DNA from: a bacterium
Lineage (GTDB): Bacteria; Patescibacteriota; Minisyncoccia; UBA6257; JAGOQP01
Assembly (NCBI GenBank): GCA_021812345.1
Contig: JAKANP010000001.1
Coordinates: 54,979-118,978 of the forward strand
Direction of reading: 5' to 3'
Length of the DNA stretch: 64,000 nucleotides
The notes beneath the pieces are model-generated. The model was not told where the DNA came from. It did no database searches and saw only the letters and a list, made by a program, of their open reading frames with translations. Below, one piece after another: positions 1 to 9,909 of this stretch. How positions within the stretch are numbered: the stretch's first letter is position 1; the number at the start of each line of letters is the position of its first letter. Position numbers and translations under genes: made by a program.

Positions 1-135
1 AAAAAATATTCTCAGTTAAAGCCGATAAAACAAGGATACGGAGTTTCGATTATTTCCACACCGAAGGGGATAATGTCTGACGCGCAGGCCAAAAAAGAAA
101 AAGTCGGAGGAGAAGTATTATTTAATATTTGGTAA
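1..135 (+). CDS. rpsH: 30S ribosomal protein S8, 3' part (truncated by window edge)
   Basis: Frame 1 reads ...[33 protein letters not shown], the S8 C-terminus; precedes rplF. Confidence 0.95.
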   Translation, partial: KKYSQLKPIKQGYGVSIISTPKGIMSDAQAKKEKVGGEVLFNIW

Positions 136-137
136 AT

Positions 138-689
138 ATGTCTAGATTAGGAAAAAAACCCATAACTATTCCAAACGGAGTAAAAGTTGAAACTTTCGGA
201 GAAAATATTAACTTTGTCGGTCCCAAAGGAACGGTTAAAGTTAAACTTCTTCCCGGAGTTAATTTTGACATTAAAGATGGAAATATTGTTATTTCTCCAA
301 AAAATGAAACCAAACAAAATTTGATGAATTGGGGAACTATATGGTCTCATTCAAATAATGCCATTGAAGGAGTAACTGCCGGATTTTCAAAAGGACTTGA
401 AATAGAAGGCGTTGGTTTTAAAATTTCTGTCGAAGGGAAAAATCTGGTTTTGAAAGTCGGTTTTTCTCATTTGGTTAATTTCCCGATTCCCGAAGGAATT
501 TTAATTGAGGTTGAAAAGAATAAAATCAAAGTTTCAGGAATAGATAAGCAGCAAGTCGGACATATTGCCGCCAGCATAAGAAAAATTAAAAAACCCGAGC
601 CGTATCTTGGAAAAGGAATTCGCTATGAAGGCGAAATAATAAGGAAAAAAGCCGGTAAGAAAGCGGGAGCGGCAACATCAACTAAATAA
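138..689 (+). CDS. rplF: 50S ribosomal protein L6
   Basis: MSRLGKKPI start and KPEPYLGKGIRY motif; spc operon order. Confidence 0.97.
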   Translation: MSRLGKKPITIPNGVKVETFGENINFVGPKGTVKVKLLPGVNFDIKDGNIVISPKNETKQNLMNWGTIWSHSNNAIEGVTAGFSKGLEIEGVGFKISVEGKNLVLKVGFSHLVNFPIPEGILIEVEKNKIKVSGIDKQQVGHIAASIRKIKKPEPYLGKGIRYEGEIIRKKAGKKAGAATSTK

Positions 690-697
690 TAAAATCC

Positions 698-1051
698 ATG
701 AATTTCAGAAAAAAAACAAACAATTTAAAATCCAAGAGAGCTAATCGCGTAAGAGCGAAAATTTTTGGGACTTCAAAAAAACCAAGACTTTCTGTTTTTA
801 AGAGCAACAATTATATTTACCTTCAAGCCATAGATGATGATTCTCAAAAAACTATTTTTAGCATTTCGAGCCGACAATTGGAAAAGAAACTGAAGAAAAA
901 TGAAGCTGCTAAAATTATAGGAGAAAAAATGGCAAAGATGGCCAAAGACAAGAAAATAAGCGAAGCTATTTTCGATAGAGGAAGATATAAATATCATGGA
1001 ATAGTCAAACAAATTGCCGAAGAATCAAGAAAAAACGGATTAAAAATATAA
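698..1051 (+). CDS. rplR: 50S ribosomal protein L18
   Basis: PRLSVFKSN, FDRGRYKYHG motifs. Confidence 0.96.
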   Translation: MNFRKKTNNLKSKRANRVRAKIFGTSKKPRLSVFKSNNYIYLQAIDDDSQKTIFSISSRQLEKKLKKNEAAKIIGEKMAKMAKDKKISEAIFDRGRYKYHGIVKQIAEESRKNGLKI

Positions 1052-1070
1052 TTAGTTTTTATAAAAATAA

Positions 1071-1550
1071 ATGTCATTTCAAAAAGGACAAAAAGGCGGA
1101 GGAAAATTTACTCCCAAAAAAAGCGAATACAAAGAAAAAACTCTTGATTTAAGAAGAGTTACTCGTGTCGTTGCCGGCGGTAAAAGATTTTCATTCAGGT
1201 GCACCCTGGTTATTGGAGATGAAAAAGGCAAAGTTGCCGTTGGAATAGCCAAAGGTCAGGATGTTGCGCAGGCCATTGATAAAGCCAGAAACGACGCCAA
1301 AAAGAATATGATAAGGGTTCCATTAAATGGAACGACTTTATCTCATGAAGTTGATGCTAAATTTTCGGCTGCTAAAGTTTTAATCAAACCGTCTTCAAAA
1401 GGTTCCGGACTTAAAGCCGGAGGAGCGGTCCGTGTTGTTTTGCTTATGGCCGGAATAAAAGACGCTTCGGCAAAATGTCTTGGAAGAACAAAAAACAAAC
1501 TAACCAATGCTTTAGCTACCGTAGAGGCGTTAAAAAAATTAAAATCCTAA
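1071..1550 (+). CDS. rpsE: 30S ribosomal protein S5
   Basis: RRVTRVVAGGKRFSF, AGGAVR motifs. Confidence 0.97.
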   Translation: MSFQKGQKGGGKFTPKKSEYKEKTLDLRRVTRVVAGGKRFSFRCTLVIGDEKGKVAVGIAKGQDVAQAIDKARNDAKKNMIRVPLNGTTLSHEVDAKFSAAKVLIKPSSKGSGLKAGGAVRVVLLMAGIKDASAKCLGRTKNKLTNALATVEALKKLKS

Positions 1551-1553
1551 AAT

Positions 1554-1958
1554 ATGCGACTTAACGAATTAAAACCAAAAACAAATAGGGATAAAATAAA
1601 ACGAATCGGAAGAGGGGGTAAAAGAGGAACTTATTCCGGGAGAGGTCAAAAAGGACAAAAAGCAAGAGCCGGAAGAAATATTCGTCCCGGATTAAGAGAT
1701 ATTATCATTCGCACCCCTAAATTAAGAGGGTTTAAAAACAAACCCAAATCATTAAAAATGATTGCGGTTAGTTTGAGCAAGATAGATAAAATGTCGGAGC
1801 AGGAAATCAATGTTGAAGTTTTGAAAAAATACGGAATAAAGTATCCGGTAAAAATTGTCGGAAATGAAAAAATGCAGTCCGCTAAAAATATATCGGGTAT
1901 AAAAATTTCTTCTTCGGCTAAAAAAATAATTGAATCTGCCGGAGGGAGCGTTAAATAA
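1554..1958 (+). CDS. rplO: 50S ribosomal protein L15
   Basis: RIGRGGKRGTYSGRGQKGQKAR, PKLRGF, IESAGG. Confidence 0.96.
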   Translation: MRLNELKPKTNRDKIKRIGRGGKRGTYSGRGQKGQKARAGRNIRPGLRDIIIRTPKLRGFKNKPKSLKMIAVSLSKIDKMSEQEINVEVLKKYGIKYPVKIVGNEKMQSAKNISGIKISSSAKKIIESAGGSVK

Positions 1959-1962
1959 AGCA

Positions 1963-3234
1963 ATGTCAAAAATAGCCCAACTTTTTAAGATAAAAGATTT
2001 GAGATTCCGCATTTTGATAGTTTCGATGTGGCTGGTTGTTTTTAGAATCTTAGCCGCTATTCCGATTCCTGACGTTGATATAACCAGATTAAAAAACTTT
2101 TTTGAAAATAATCAGTTGTTTGGTTTTTTAAATGTCTTTTCCGGAGGCGGACTTTCCAATCTTTCGGTTGCCATGTTGGCTGTCGGCCCTTACATAACCG
2201 CCACAATCATCATGCAACTTTTGACAATGATCTTTCCTCGATTAAAAGAGATCTACTACGAAGAGGGAGCTTTGGGGAGGGCTAAATTTAATCGTATTTC
2301 AAAATACATAACCGTTCCTTTGGCTTTTTTGCAAGGATACGGATTTTTAAATTTATTGGCTTCTCAGGGAGTTATTGGTCATCTTGGCGCTTTACAGCTT
2401 TTTCAGGAATCTTTAATCATCACTGCCGGTTCTATGGTTTTGACTTGGATAGGAGATCTGATTACCGAACAAAATTTAGGCAATGGAATTTCATTGATAA
2501 TCTTTGCCGGTATTGTGAGCCGATTGCCAACCACTATTCAGCAAGCAATTGCCACTTTTGATATGTCTGTTTTGACCAGTTATTTGATGTTTGCCGTTTT
2601 GGCGGTTGTAGTTATCGCCGGAGTTGTTTTTGTTAATGAAGGAGAGAGAAAAGTTTCAATAACTTATGCTAAAAGAGTAAGGGGAAACAAAGTTTACGGG
2701 GGAGCCACCAGCTACCTGCCGCTGAGAGTCAATCAGGCGGGAGTTATTCCGATTATTTTTGCCATTTCAGTTTTACTTTTCCCTCAATTTTTTGCTCAGG
2801 CATCGGCTATATTTTCCAAAAATTTTTCACTGGAAGCAACCAATTTTGTAAACAATATATTTAATAATCAATATATTTACGCCGCCATTTATTTTGTTTT
2901 GGTTGTTTTGTTTACTTATTTTTACACCGCAGTTACTTTTGACCCCAAAGAAATATCGAAGAACTTGCAAAACTCGGGAGGATTTATTTTAGGTATAAGA
3001 CCCGGAGAATCAACTTCCGCCTATCTTTCTAAAATTATAAATAGAATTACATTATGGGGAGCTATTTTCTTGGGAGTTCTGGCTATATTGCCGAACATTA
3101 CCAGAATAGTTACCGGCATAACAATATTTTCTCTTGGAGGAACAGCGCTTTTAATCGTCGTTTCTGTCGCTATTGAAGTTCTAAGACAGGTCAACTCTCA
3201 ATTAGTGATGAGAGAATACGAAGGGTTTGAATAA
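1963..3234 (+). CDS. secY: preprotein translocase SecY
   Basis: Multi-TM; VGPYITATII, GNGISLIIFAG, AGVIPIIFA, GIRPG, GGTALLIVV. Confidence 0.97.
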   Translation: MSKIAQLFKIKDLRFRILIVSMWLVVFRILAAIPIPDVDITRLKNFFENNQLFGFLNVFSGGGLSNLSVAMLAVGPYITATIIMQLLTMIFPRLKEIYYEEGALGRAKFNRISKYITVPLAFLQGYGFLNLLASQGVIGHLGALQLFQESLIITAGSMVLTWIGDLITEQNLGNGISLIIFAGIVSRLPTTIQQAIATFDMSVLTSYLMFAVLAVVVIAGVVFVNEGERKVSITYAKRVRGNKVYGGATSYLPLRVNQAGVIPIIFAISVLLFPQFFAQASAIFSKNFSLEATNFVNNIFNNQYIYAAIYFVLVVLFTYFYTAVTFDPKEISKNLQNSGGFILGIRPGESTSAYLSKIINRITLWGAIFLGVLAILPNITRIVTGITIFSLGGTALLIVVSVAIEVLRQVNSQLVMREYEGFE

Positions 3235-3262
3235 AATTAAATATTTGAAAATAAATTTAATA

Positions 3263-3282
3263 CCGGCGCTAGCCGGTTTTTT
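3263..3282 (+). terminator. intrinsic terminator after secY
   Basis: ACCGGC-GCTA-GCCGGT hairpin followed by a T run. Confidence 0.6.
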
Positions 3283-3389
3283 ATCGCAATATTAAATCAA
3301 AATTTAATGCCATCGTTATTGATTGTGTTGTTTTTAAATAAATTGACGAATTTTTTGGATTTAATTTGAATTTAGTGTAAAATGTCTCT

Positions 3390-4103
3390 ATGTCTAATTT
3401 ACCATCAAATCAAAAAGTGGTCGTTGTCATGGGACCGCCCGGTTCGGGAAAAGGAACTCAAGCAAATCTTATAGCCGGGAAACTTAATCTTTACCATCTT
3501 GATACGGGAAAGTTTCTTGAGGAATTAGTCCATGACCCAAAACTTCAAAACAACCCGGAGGTTCAAAAGGAAAGAGAAAATTTTGACGGAGGAATTTTGG
3601 TAAGCCCAATTTTCTTTTTAAAATGGGTTACTGAAAAAATAAATGAATTATACAAAAATGGCGAAGGAATAATTTTCAGCGGATCGCCCAGGACTATGCT
3701 TGAAGGTTTTGGGGACGAGGGTCATAAGGGGCTTATGGATGTGTTGGAGCAAGATTATGGAAGAGAAAATATACTCATCTTTCTTCTTCAAATTCCTGAC
3801 GAGGAATCAATAAGAAGAAACAGTTCGAGATTGATTTGTTCGGTTTGCGGCAATGCGATGATAAGCGCTCTTAATTTGAATTTGCCTCAATGCCCGGTTT
3901 GTGGAGGAGCGTTTAGGAAAAGAACGCTGGACAAGTCGGATGTTATAAAAGTTCGTTTGGAAGAATATAGAAACAGAACATTTCCGGTTGTTGCGGAATT
4001 GGAAAAACGCGGGTTTGTGGTTAATAGAATCGACGGCACTCCGATGCCGTATAAAGTTTTTGAGAACATCACTTCAATTATCAATGATATTTTTAAAAAG
4101 TAA
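3390..4103 (+). CDS. adk: adenylate kinase with Zn-binding LID
   Basis: GPPGSGKGTQA P-loop, GSPRT, CSVC...CPVC; between secY and map. Confidence 0.9.
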   Translation: MSNLPSNQKVVVVMGPPGSGKGTQANLIAGKLNLYHLDTGKFLEELVHDPKLQNNPEVQKERENFDGGILVSPIFFLKWVTEKINELYKNGEGIIFSGSPRTMLEGFGDEGHKGLMDVLEQDYGRENILIFLLQIPDEESIRRNSSRLICSVCGNAMISALNLNLPQCPVCGGAFRKRTLDKSDVIKVRLEEYRNRTFPVVAELEKRGFVVNRIDGTPMPYKVFENITSIINDIFKK

Positions 4104-4842
4104 GGAAGAAATAGAAATTTTGAAAGAATCGGGTAAAATTCTTTCATCGATATTAAAGACTTTAAAAAAGAAAGCGCTTGTTGGCGTCAACCTTCTTGAG
4201 CTTGAAGATTTATCGAGAAAAATGACAAAAGAGTTAGGGGCCAGGCCGTCGTTTTTGGGATATAAGCCGGATGGCGCCGACAGACCTTATCCGGCGGCTC
4301 TTTGTTTGTCTTTGAATGAAGTTATCGTTCATGGCGTTCCTAAAAATTACCAATTAAAATCGGGAGACATTCTAAAAATAGATATGGGAGTTGTTTATGA
4401 AGGAATGTATACGGATTCGGCTGTTACTGTCGGTATTGGCGAAGTTTCGTCTGTAGCAAAAAAACTTATGAATTCTACAAAAAAAGCTCTTGATGAAGCA
4501 ATTAAAATGGTAAAAATCGGAAGACATATAGGAGATATAGGATGTGTCGTAGAAAAAAGAGCGGATAAAGATGGTTTCGAGGTTATAAAAAATCTTACCG
4601 GACACGGAGTCGGTTATGAGGTTCATGAAGATCCGGTTATTTTAAATTTTGGGAGAAAAAACACCGGACCGGAGATAAAAGAAGGGATGGTTCTTGCCAT
4701 AGAGCCGATGTTCAGTATTTCAAGCGATCAGATTGTTCAAAACCAAGATGAGAGCTATTCATCCGCTGATGGGAGTTTGACCGCCCAATTTGAACACACT
4801 ATTGCGGTTACAAAAAATAAGATTATCGTTTTGACGGAGTAG
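4084..4842 (+). CDS. map: methionine aminopeptidase type I
   Basis: VIVHGVP, DMGV..YTDSA, GHGVG..VHEDP, AIEPM, AQFEHT; ATG at 4084. Confidence 0.96.
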   Translation: MIFLKSKEEIEILKESGKILSSILKTLKKKALVGVNLLELEDLSRKMTKELGARPSFLGYKPDGADRPYPAALCLSLNEVIVHGVPKNYQLKSGDILKIDMGVVYEGMYTDSAVTVGIGEVSSVAKKLMNSTKKALDEAIKMVKIGRHIGDIGCVVEKRADKDGFEVIKNLTGHGVGYEVHEDPVILNFGRKNTGPEIKEGMVLAIEPMFSISSDQIVQNQDESYSSADGSLTAQFEHTIAVTKNKIIVLTE

Positions 4843-4887
4843 TTATAGATTTTATTTTTTTAATATTTTTTGTGATACAATTGTTTT

Positions 4888-6159
4888 ATGAATTATTTTT
4901 ACGCCACCATGGTATCGGTCGTAGGAACAAATTTTATTAATTTTTTTAGCTCTGTTTTTGAAGCAATGTCCTTAAAAGACGTGGCTGATATTTTTTTAAC
5001 TGCCTTGATTATAGGAGGTTTTTTGTGGCTTTTTAAAAAAACTAAAAGTGTTTCTTTGGCTTTAACTTCTATTATCGGTTTTATAATATTTTATTCTGTT
5101 GCTTATTGGCTCAATCTTTACACGGTTTTAAGTATTGCTAATGCTTTTTTGGGAAGCATTGTCGTTATTTTAGTAATTGTTTTCCAAAAAGAATTAAGAC
5201 GTTTTGTCGAGTGGATAGATATTTCTGCCATCAGAAAGAGATTCTCAAAAAATATAAAAGACCAAAAAATTTCCGGAGCTAAAGACGTGATTGATGTTTT
5301 GGCTTCAACTTTTTTTACGATGGCAAAAAGAAAAATAGGAGGATTAATTGTTTTTCCAGGAATAGAGTCAATAAGTTCTTTTGTAAGCGGAGGATTTGAT
5401 TTGGATGGAAAAATTTCCGAGCCGTTGCTTTTGAGTATTTTTGACACCTCATCTCCCGGACATGACGGGGCAATAATTGTAGAGCAAGATGTGATAAAAA
5501 AATTTGGAGTCGTTTTGCCACTATCGGAAAGAGATGATTATGAAAAATTAAAACATCTTGGAACTCGTCATCGATCGGCTCTCGGACTTTCTGAAAGAAC
5601 CGACGCTCTTTGCGTGATTGTTTCTGAAGAAAAAGGAAGAGTTTCTTTGGCTTTTGACGGAGCGATTGAAGTTGTCGAATCTCCGGAAGATTTAAAAAAT
5701 AAATTAAAGACGTTTTTGAATGTTTCCGATACTAACGCCTCAAAATCGAGATTGTTAAGCGCTCAATTATTTTCAAAAATAAGAAAAAATATACCCAATG
5801 CGTTACTGGCATTGTTTTTGGCTTTAATTTTCTGGCTTTTTATAAGTTATCCTCAGCTTGGTATAATTCAAAAAGATATTTTAGCTCCGGTAGTATTTAC
5901 TAATGTCCCCGATAATGCCACTATTGACCGACTGACATATTCTCAAGTGGACCTGACTTTTTTGGGGGCGGAAAAAGATTTCCAATTGCTTGGAACAAAT
6001 AATATAAAAGCGGTGGTTGATATATCAAGTAAAGTTAATAATACGACTACTCAATATTTGTCGGTTTATCTTAAGCCGGATAATATACAATACCCGCCAT
6101 CCTTGAAATTGATCAAGATAGATCCCAGTCAGATAGAATTTAGAATTAATTTCAAATAA
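4888..6159 (+). CDS. dacA: membrane diadenylate cyclase (CdaA/DacA type) with extra TM and YbbR/CdaR-like C-terminal domain
   Basis: N-terminal TMs, FQKELRR, catalytic HDGA and GTRHRSA motifs, VSEEKG; C-terminal ...KLIKIDPSQIEF. Confidence 0.85.
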   Translation: MNYFYATMVSVVGTNFINFFSSVFEAMSLKDVADIFLTALIIGGFLWLFKKTKSVSLALTSIIGFIIFYSVAYWLNLYTVLSIANAFLGSIVVILVIVFQKELRRFVEWIDISAIRKRFSKNIKDQKISGAKDVIDVLASTFFTMAKRKIGGLIVFPGIESISSFVSGGFDLDGKISEPLLLSIFDTSSPGHDGAIIVEQDVIKKFGVVLPLSERDDYEKLKHLGTRHRSALGLSERTDALCVIVSEEKGRVSLAFDGAIEVVESPEDLKNKLKTFLNVSDTNASKSRLLSAQLFSKIRKNIPNALLALFLALIFWLFISYPQLGIIQKDILAPVVFTNVPDNATIDRLTYSQVDLTFLGAEKDFQLLGTNNIKAVVDISSKVNNTTTQYLSVYLKPDNIQYPPSLKLIKIDPSQIEFRINFK

Positions 6160-6162
6160 TTT

Positions 6163-6912
6163 ATGGATTTAAAGCCGTATCTTTCGGTCATTATTCCCGC
6201 CTATAATGAATCAAGAAGATTGCCCCTTACATTAATTGACGTCGATAAGCACTTACAGAACGTTCCATTTAATTACGAAATTATTGTCGTTGATAATAAC
6301 TCTAAAGATGCCACAAAGGAGATAGCTTTAAGATTCTCTTCAATTATAAAAAATCTTAAGGTTTTTGAATGCAAAACTCAAGGAAAAGGAGCGGCGGTGA
6401 AAACCGGCATGGAACAGGCCAAGGGGCAAATAAGACTGTTTTTGGATGCCGACAATTCGGTTTCTATTGATCATTTTTTTAAAATGAAGCATTTTTTTGA
6501 TGAGGGCTATGACGTGGTTATTGCCTCAAGAAATATTCAGGGATCAAAAACCGATCCTCCTCAACCTTGGTACAGAATTTTTTTGGGAATTTTGGGGAAT
6601 GCTTTTATAAGAATTATTCTTTTGCGCGGAATTAAAGATACTCAATGCGGATTTAAAATTTTTAGCGAAAAGGCGGCATCAAAAATTTTTTTGTTAACGG
6701 ATATTTCAGGATGGGGATTTGATATTGAAGTTCTGTCTCTTGCAAAAGATATGGGATTTAAAATAAAAGAAGCTCCTGTTTTATGGATTAATTCGTCCGG
6801 ATCAAAACTCGGTCCCGGAGCCTATTTTCAGGCGCTTTTTGATGCAATAAAAATAAAATCAAGAATGATTTCAAAGTATTATCTTAAAAAATCATCAAAA
6901 ATCAGGGCTTAA
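6163..6912 (+). CDS. GT2 polyprenyl-phosphate glycosyltransferase (DPM/DPG synthase-like)
   Basis: SVIIPAYNE, GKGAAV, FLDAD, DTQCGFK, GWGFDIE. Confidence 0.9.
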   Translation: MDLKPYLSVIIPAYNESRRLPLTLIDVDKHLQNVPFNYEIIVVDNNSKDATKEIALRFSSIIKNLKVFECKTQGKGAAVKTGMEQAKGQIRLFLDADNSVSIDHFFKMKHFFDEGYDVVIASRNIQGSKTDPPQPWYRIFLGILGNAFIRIILLRGIKDTQCGFKIFSEKAASKIFLLTDISGWGFDIEVLSLAKDMGFKIKEAPVLWINSSGSKLGPGAYFQALFDAIKIKSRMISKYYLKKSSKIRA

Positions 6913-6980
6913 CTTTACTTTTTTCAAATAACGAGTATAGTATCTGATTGTAAAATTATTAAGCATTAATTAAATGAATT

Positions 6981-7442
6981 ATGCCAGAACAATTTTTGAG
7001 CAAAGAAAAAGTTGAAGAATTAAAAAAACATCTTAAAGAACTTCAAACTACCGAAAGATTTAAAATAGCCGAACGGCTTAAAAGGGCAAAAGAACACGGA
7101 GATTTATCGGAAAATTTTGAATATTCTCAGGCGAAGGAAGATCAGGATAAGTTGGAAAGAGAAATTTTTGATTTGGAAATACTTTTGAAAGACGCCAAAA
7201 TCATCACCAAACCCAAGAATAAAAATGCGGTAAATGTCGGATTGGCGGTAACCGTAAAAAATAAAGGCAAAGAGATTGTCTTTACTATTGTCGGCTCACA
7301 AGATGCCGATCCGATGCAAAATAAAATTTCAAATGTTTCTCCGTTGGGCAGAGCTCTTTTGGGTAAAAAAATTGGAGATAAAGTTAAATTCAAAACTCCA
7401 AAAGGAATGGAGATTGACTACGAAATATTAAATATTGAATAA
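6981..7442 (+). CDS. greA: transcription elongation factor GreA
   Basis: HGDLSENFEY, ISNVSPLGRALLG. Confidence 0.95.
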   Translation: MPEQFLSKEKVEELKKHLKELQTTERFKIAERLKRAKEHGDLSENFEYSQAKEDQDKLEREIFDLEILLKDAKIITKPKNKNAVNVGLAVTVKNKGKEIVFTIVGSQDADPMQNKISNVSPLGRALLGKKIGDKVKFKTPKGMEIDYEILNIE

Positions 7443-7461
7443 TTTTATATCTTAAACAATG

Positions 7462-7488
7462 GCGGGGCTTTAAAAATCCCCGCTTTTT
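7462..7488 (+). terminator. intrinsic terminator after greA
   Basis: GCGGGG...CCCCGC stem then T run. Confidence 0.55.
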
Positions 7489-7502
7489 GTTATAATAAAA
7501 AA

Positions 7503-8954
7503 ATGATTGATCAAATAATATCCGACAGATTAAAAAAGCTTGATAATTTGAAAAAAGAAGGGATAAATCCATATCCCATAAAATCCAAAAAAACCGTTTC
7601 AATAGGTGATTTTATATCCGAATTTAATTCCTTCAAAAAATCCGGTAAAAAAATATATTTAGTCGGAAGAATAAAAAGTTTGCGTGATCAAGGAAAAATA
7701 ATTTTTGTTGATGTTGAGGATTTTTCCGGAAGAATTCAGGCGATATTTAAAGACGAACAATTAAAAAATAATTTTAAACTTGTAAAAAATAATATTGACT
7801 TGGGAGATTTTATTCAAATTTTTGGCAAAGCAATGGTCTCAAAATCCGGTCAAAAAAGCGTTTTTGTTAATGATGTTGTTTTTTTGGCAAAATCATTAAG
7901 ACCGATACCCAAAGATTTTTATGGAATTGAAGATGTTGAATTGCGTTTAAGAAAAAGATATTTGGATTCCGTTATTGATTCGAAAGTAAGGGAAATTTTT
8001 GTTAAAAAATCTGTTTTTTGGAATTCGGTAAGATTGTTTTTAAATCAAGCCAATTTTTTGGAAGTTGATACTCCGGTATTGGAACAAACTCCCGGAGGCG
8101 CCGAAGCCGAGCCGTTTAAAACTCATCATAACGCTTTGGACGAAGATTTTTATCTTAGAATTTCTTTGGAAATTTCATTAAAAAAAATGTTGGTTGGAGG
8201 CTTTGAAAAAATATTTGAAATCGGAAGAATTTTCAGAAACGAAGGAATTGATGCCGAACATCTGCAAGATTATACCCAGTGCGAATTTTATTGGGCCTAT
8301 TCCGAATATAAAGAGTTGATGAAATTTACGGAAAAACTTTATAAATTTGTCATCAAAAAAACTGTCGGCTCTTTAATTACCGTTTACAAGGGAGAAAAAA
8401 TAAATTGGGGCAAAAAATGGAAAACAGTTGATTATTGCGACGCTTTTTATAAAGCCACCAATCTTGATCCGACAACGGCATCCAGAGACGCTCTACTTAA
8501 AAAAGCGCACGAGCTGAACATATTTGTCGAAGTTTCTTCCGGAAAGGGGAAGGTTATTGATCAAATATTCAAAAAAACAGTAAGACCAAAATTAATTCAG
8601 CCGACATTCTTAATAAATCCGCCGATTTTTATAGAGCCGCTGGCTAAAAAATCATCCGATAACCCGTTAAAAGTTGAAAGATTTCAAATAATGGCCGGAG
8701 GGACGGAATTGGGCAAAGGATTTTCCGAATTAAACGATCCATTGGATCAAAGAGAAAGATTTCAGGAACAAATGAATTTAAGAGCTCAAGGGGATTTGGA
8801 AGCTCAGCGTTTAGATGAAGATTTTTTGGAGGCTCTTGAATACGGTATGCCTCCGGCATCCGGTTTTGGATTTTCCGAGAGATTATTTGCCGTGATTATG
8901 GATAAGCCGGTGAGAGAAATAATATATTTCCCGCCGATGAAAAAGGAAAAATAA
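7503..8954 (+). CDS. lysS: lysine--tRNA ligase class II
   Basis: GGAEAEPFKTHHN, LRISLE, FRNEG, ELNDP, YGMPP. Confidence 0.97.
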   Translation: MIDQIISDRLKKLDNLKKEGINPYPIKSKKTVSIGDFISEFNSFKKSGKKIYLVGRIKSLRDQGKIIFVDVEDFSGRIQAIFKDEQLKNNFKLVKNNIDLGDFIQIFGKAMVSKSGQKSVFVNDVVFLAKSLRPIPKDFYGIEDVELRLRKRYLDSVIDSKVREIFVKKSVFWNSVRLFLNQANFLEVDTPVLEQTPGGAEAEPFKTHHNALDEDFYLRISLEISLKKMLVGGFEKIFEIGRIFRNEGIDAEHLQDYTQCEFYWAYSEYKELMKFTEKLYKFVIKKTVGSLITVYKGEKINWGKKWKTVDYCDAFYKATNLDPTTASRDALLKKAHELNIFVEVSSGKGKVIDQIFKKTVRPKLIQPTFLINPPIFIEPLAKKSSDNPLKVERFQIMAGGTELGKGFSELNDPLDQRERFQEQMNLRAQGDLEAQRLDEDFLEALEYGMPPASGFGFSERLFAVIMDKPVREIIYFPPMKKEK

Positions 8955-8978
8955 TTTTTTTATCGGTCTCAATATTTG

Positions 8979-9905
8979 ATGATTGACTATTATCAAAGCC
9001 AGAAATTGGAGAAAAAAAGAAAGAGGAAAGCAAAAATTTTTTTTGCTTTGTTTTTATTTATTTTATTGATTATTATCGGCGGTGTGACTTATTTTTTCAG
9101 AAGTCCTTACTCAAAATTAAAAGAGATTAATGTAAACGTCGGCAATCAGGACAAAACTTTTAATGATAATTTAATAAGTTTATATAATTCCGATGCTAAT
9201 GGCGGGAAATATTTCTTTGAAAAAATATTCGGGCAAAACAGTATTTTTACTCCGATTTTTTATTCATCCGACATTATCAATTCAATAGAAAAAGACGTTC
9301 CGGAAATAAAAAATGTTCAAATTACAACAGGTTTTTTATCCAGGTCGGTAAGTATAAATGGATCCATGAGAGACAAATTTGGTCTCTGGTGTCTTGATGG
9401 AAAACAATCCGCTGTCAATAATAGTTCAACTTCTTTATCTCTGCCAACCTCCGGACAGGCGACTTCTTCCGGTTTGACTTCTTCAAGCTCAAGCGATTAT
9501 CTTTTTTTAAATCCTTCCAACTCAATAAAGTGTTTTTGGTTTGATAGCGACGGGGTGGCTTTTATGGAAGGACCCGATACCGAAGGTCAGTTGATTTACA
9601 AAGTGATGGATTCATATGATAACAATATAAATATAGGTCAGACTATTTTAAGAACGGAATTGATTAAAAATATAATTTTGGATTTTAATTTCCTTGATAA
9701 AACCGGGTTGGGATATAAGATTTTGTATCTTTCCGATCCGTCTTTGGAGGAGATCCATACCGATACTTCAATTAAGCCGGTTATTTATTTTAGTTTGAGA
9801 AACGATCCCGGTTATGCTCTCGACGCTTTTTTGAAGTATAAATCGGATTTTATTAAATCGGGATATGTTGATTTAAGAATTCCTAACAGAATCTATTACA
9901 AATGA
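8979..9905 (+). CDS. FtsQ/DivIB-like single-TM protein
   Basis: Basic N-tail plus TM, POTRA-like region, C-terminal YVDLRIPNRIY typical of FtsQ. Confidence 0.6.
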   Translation: MIDYYQSQKLEKKRKRKAKIFFALFLFILLIIIGGVTYFFRSPYSKLKEINVNVGNQDKTFNDNLISLYNSDANGGKYFFEKIFGQNSIFTPIFYSSDIINSIEKDVPEIKNVQITTGFLSRSVSINGSMRDKFGLWCLDGKQSAVNNSSTSLSLPTSGQATSSGLTSSSSSDYLFLNPSNSIKCFWFDSDGVAFMEGPDTEGQLIYKVMDSYDNNINIGQTILRTELIKNIILDFNFLDKTGLGYKILYLSDPSLEEIHTDTSIKPVIYFSLRNDPGYALDAFLKYKSDFIKSGYVDLRIPNRIYYK

Positions 9906-9909
9906 TTTT

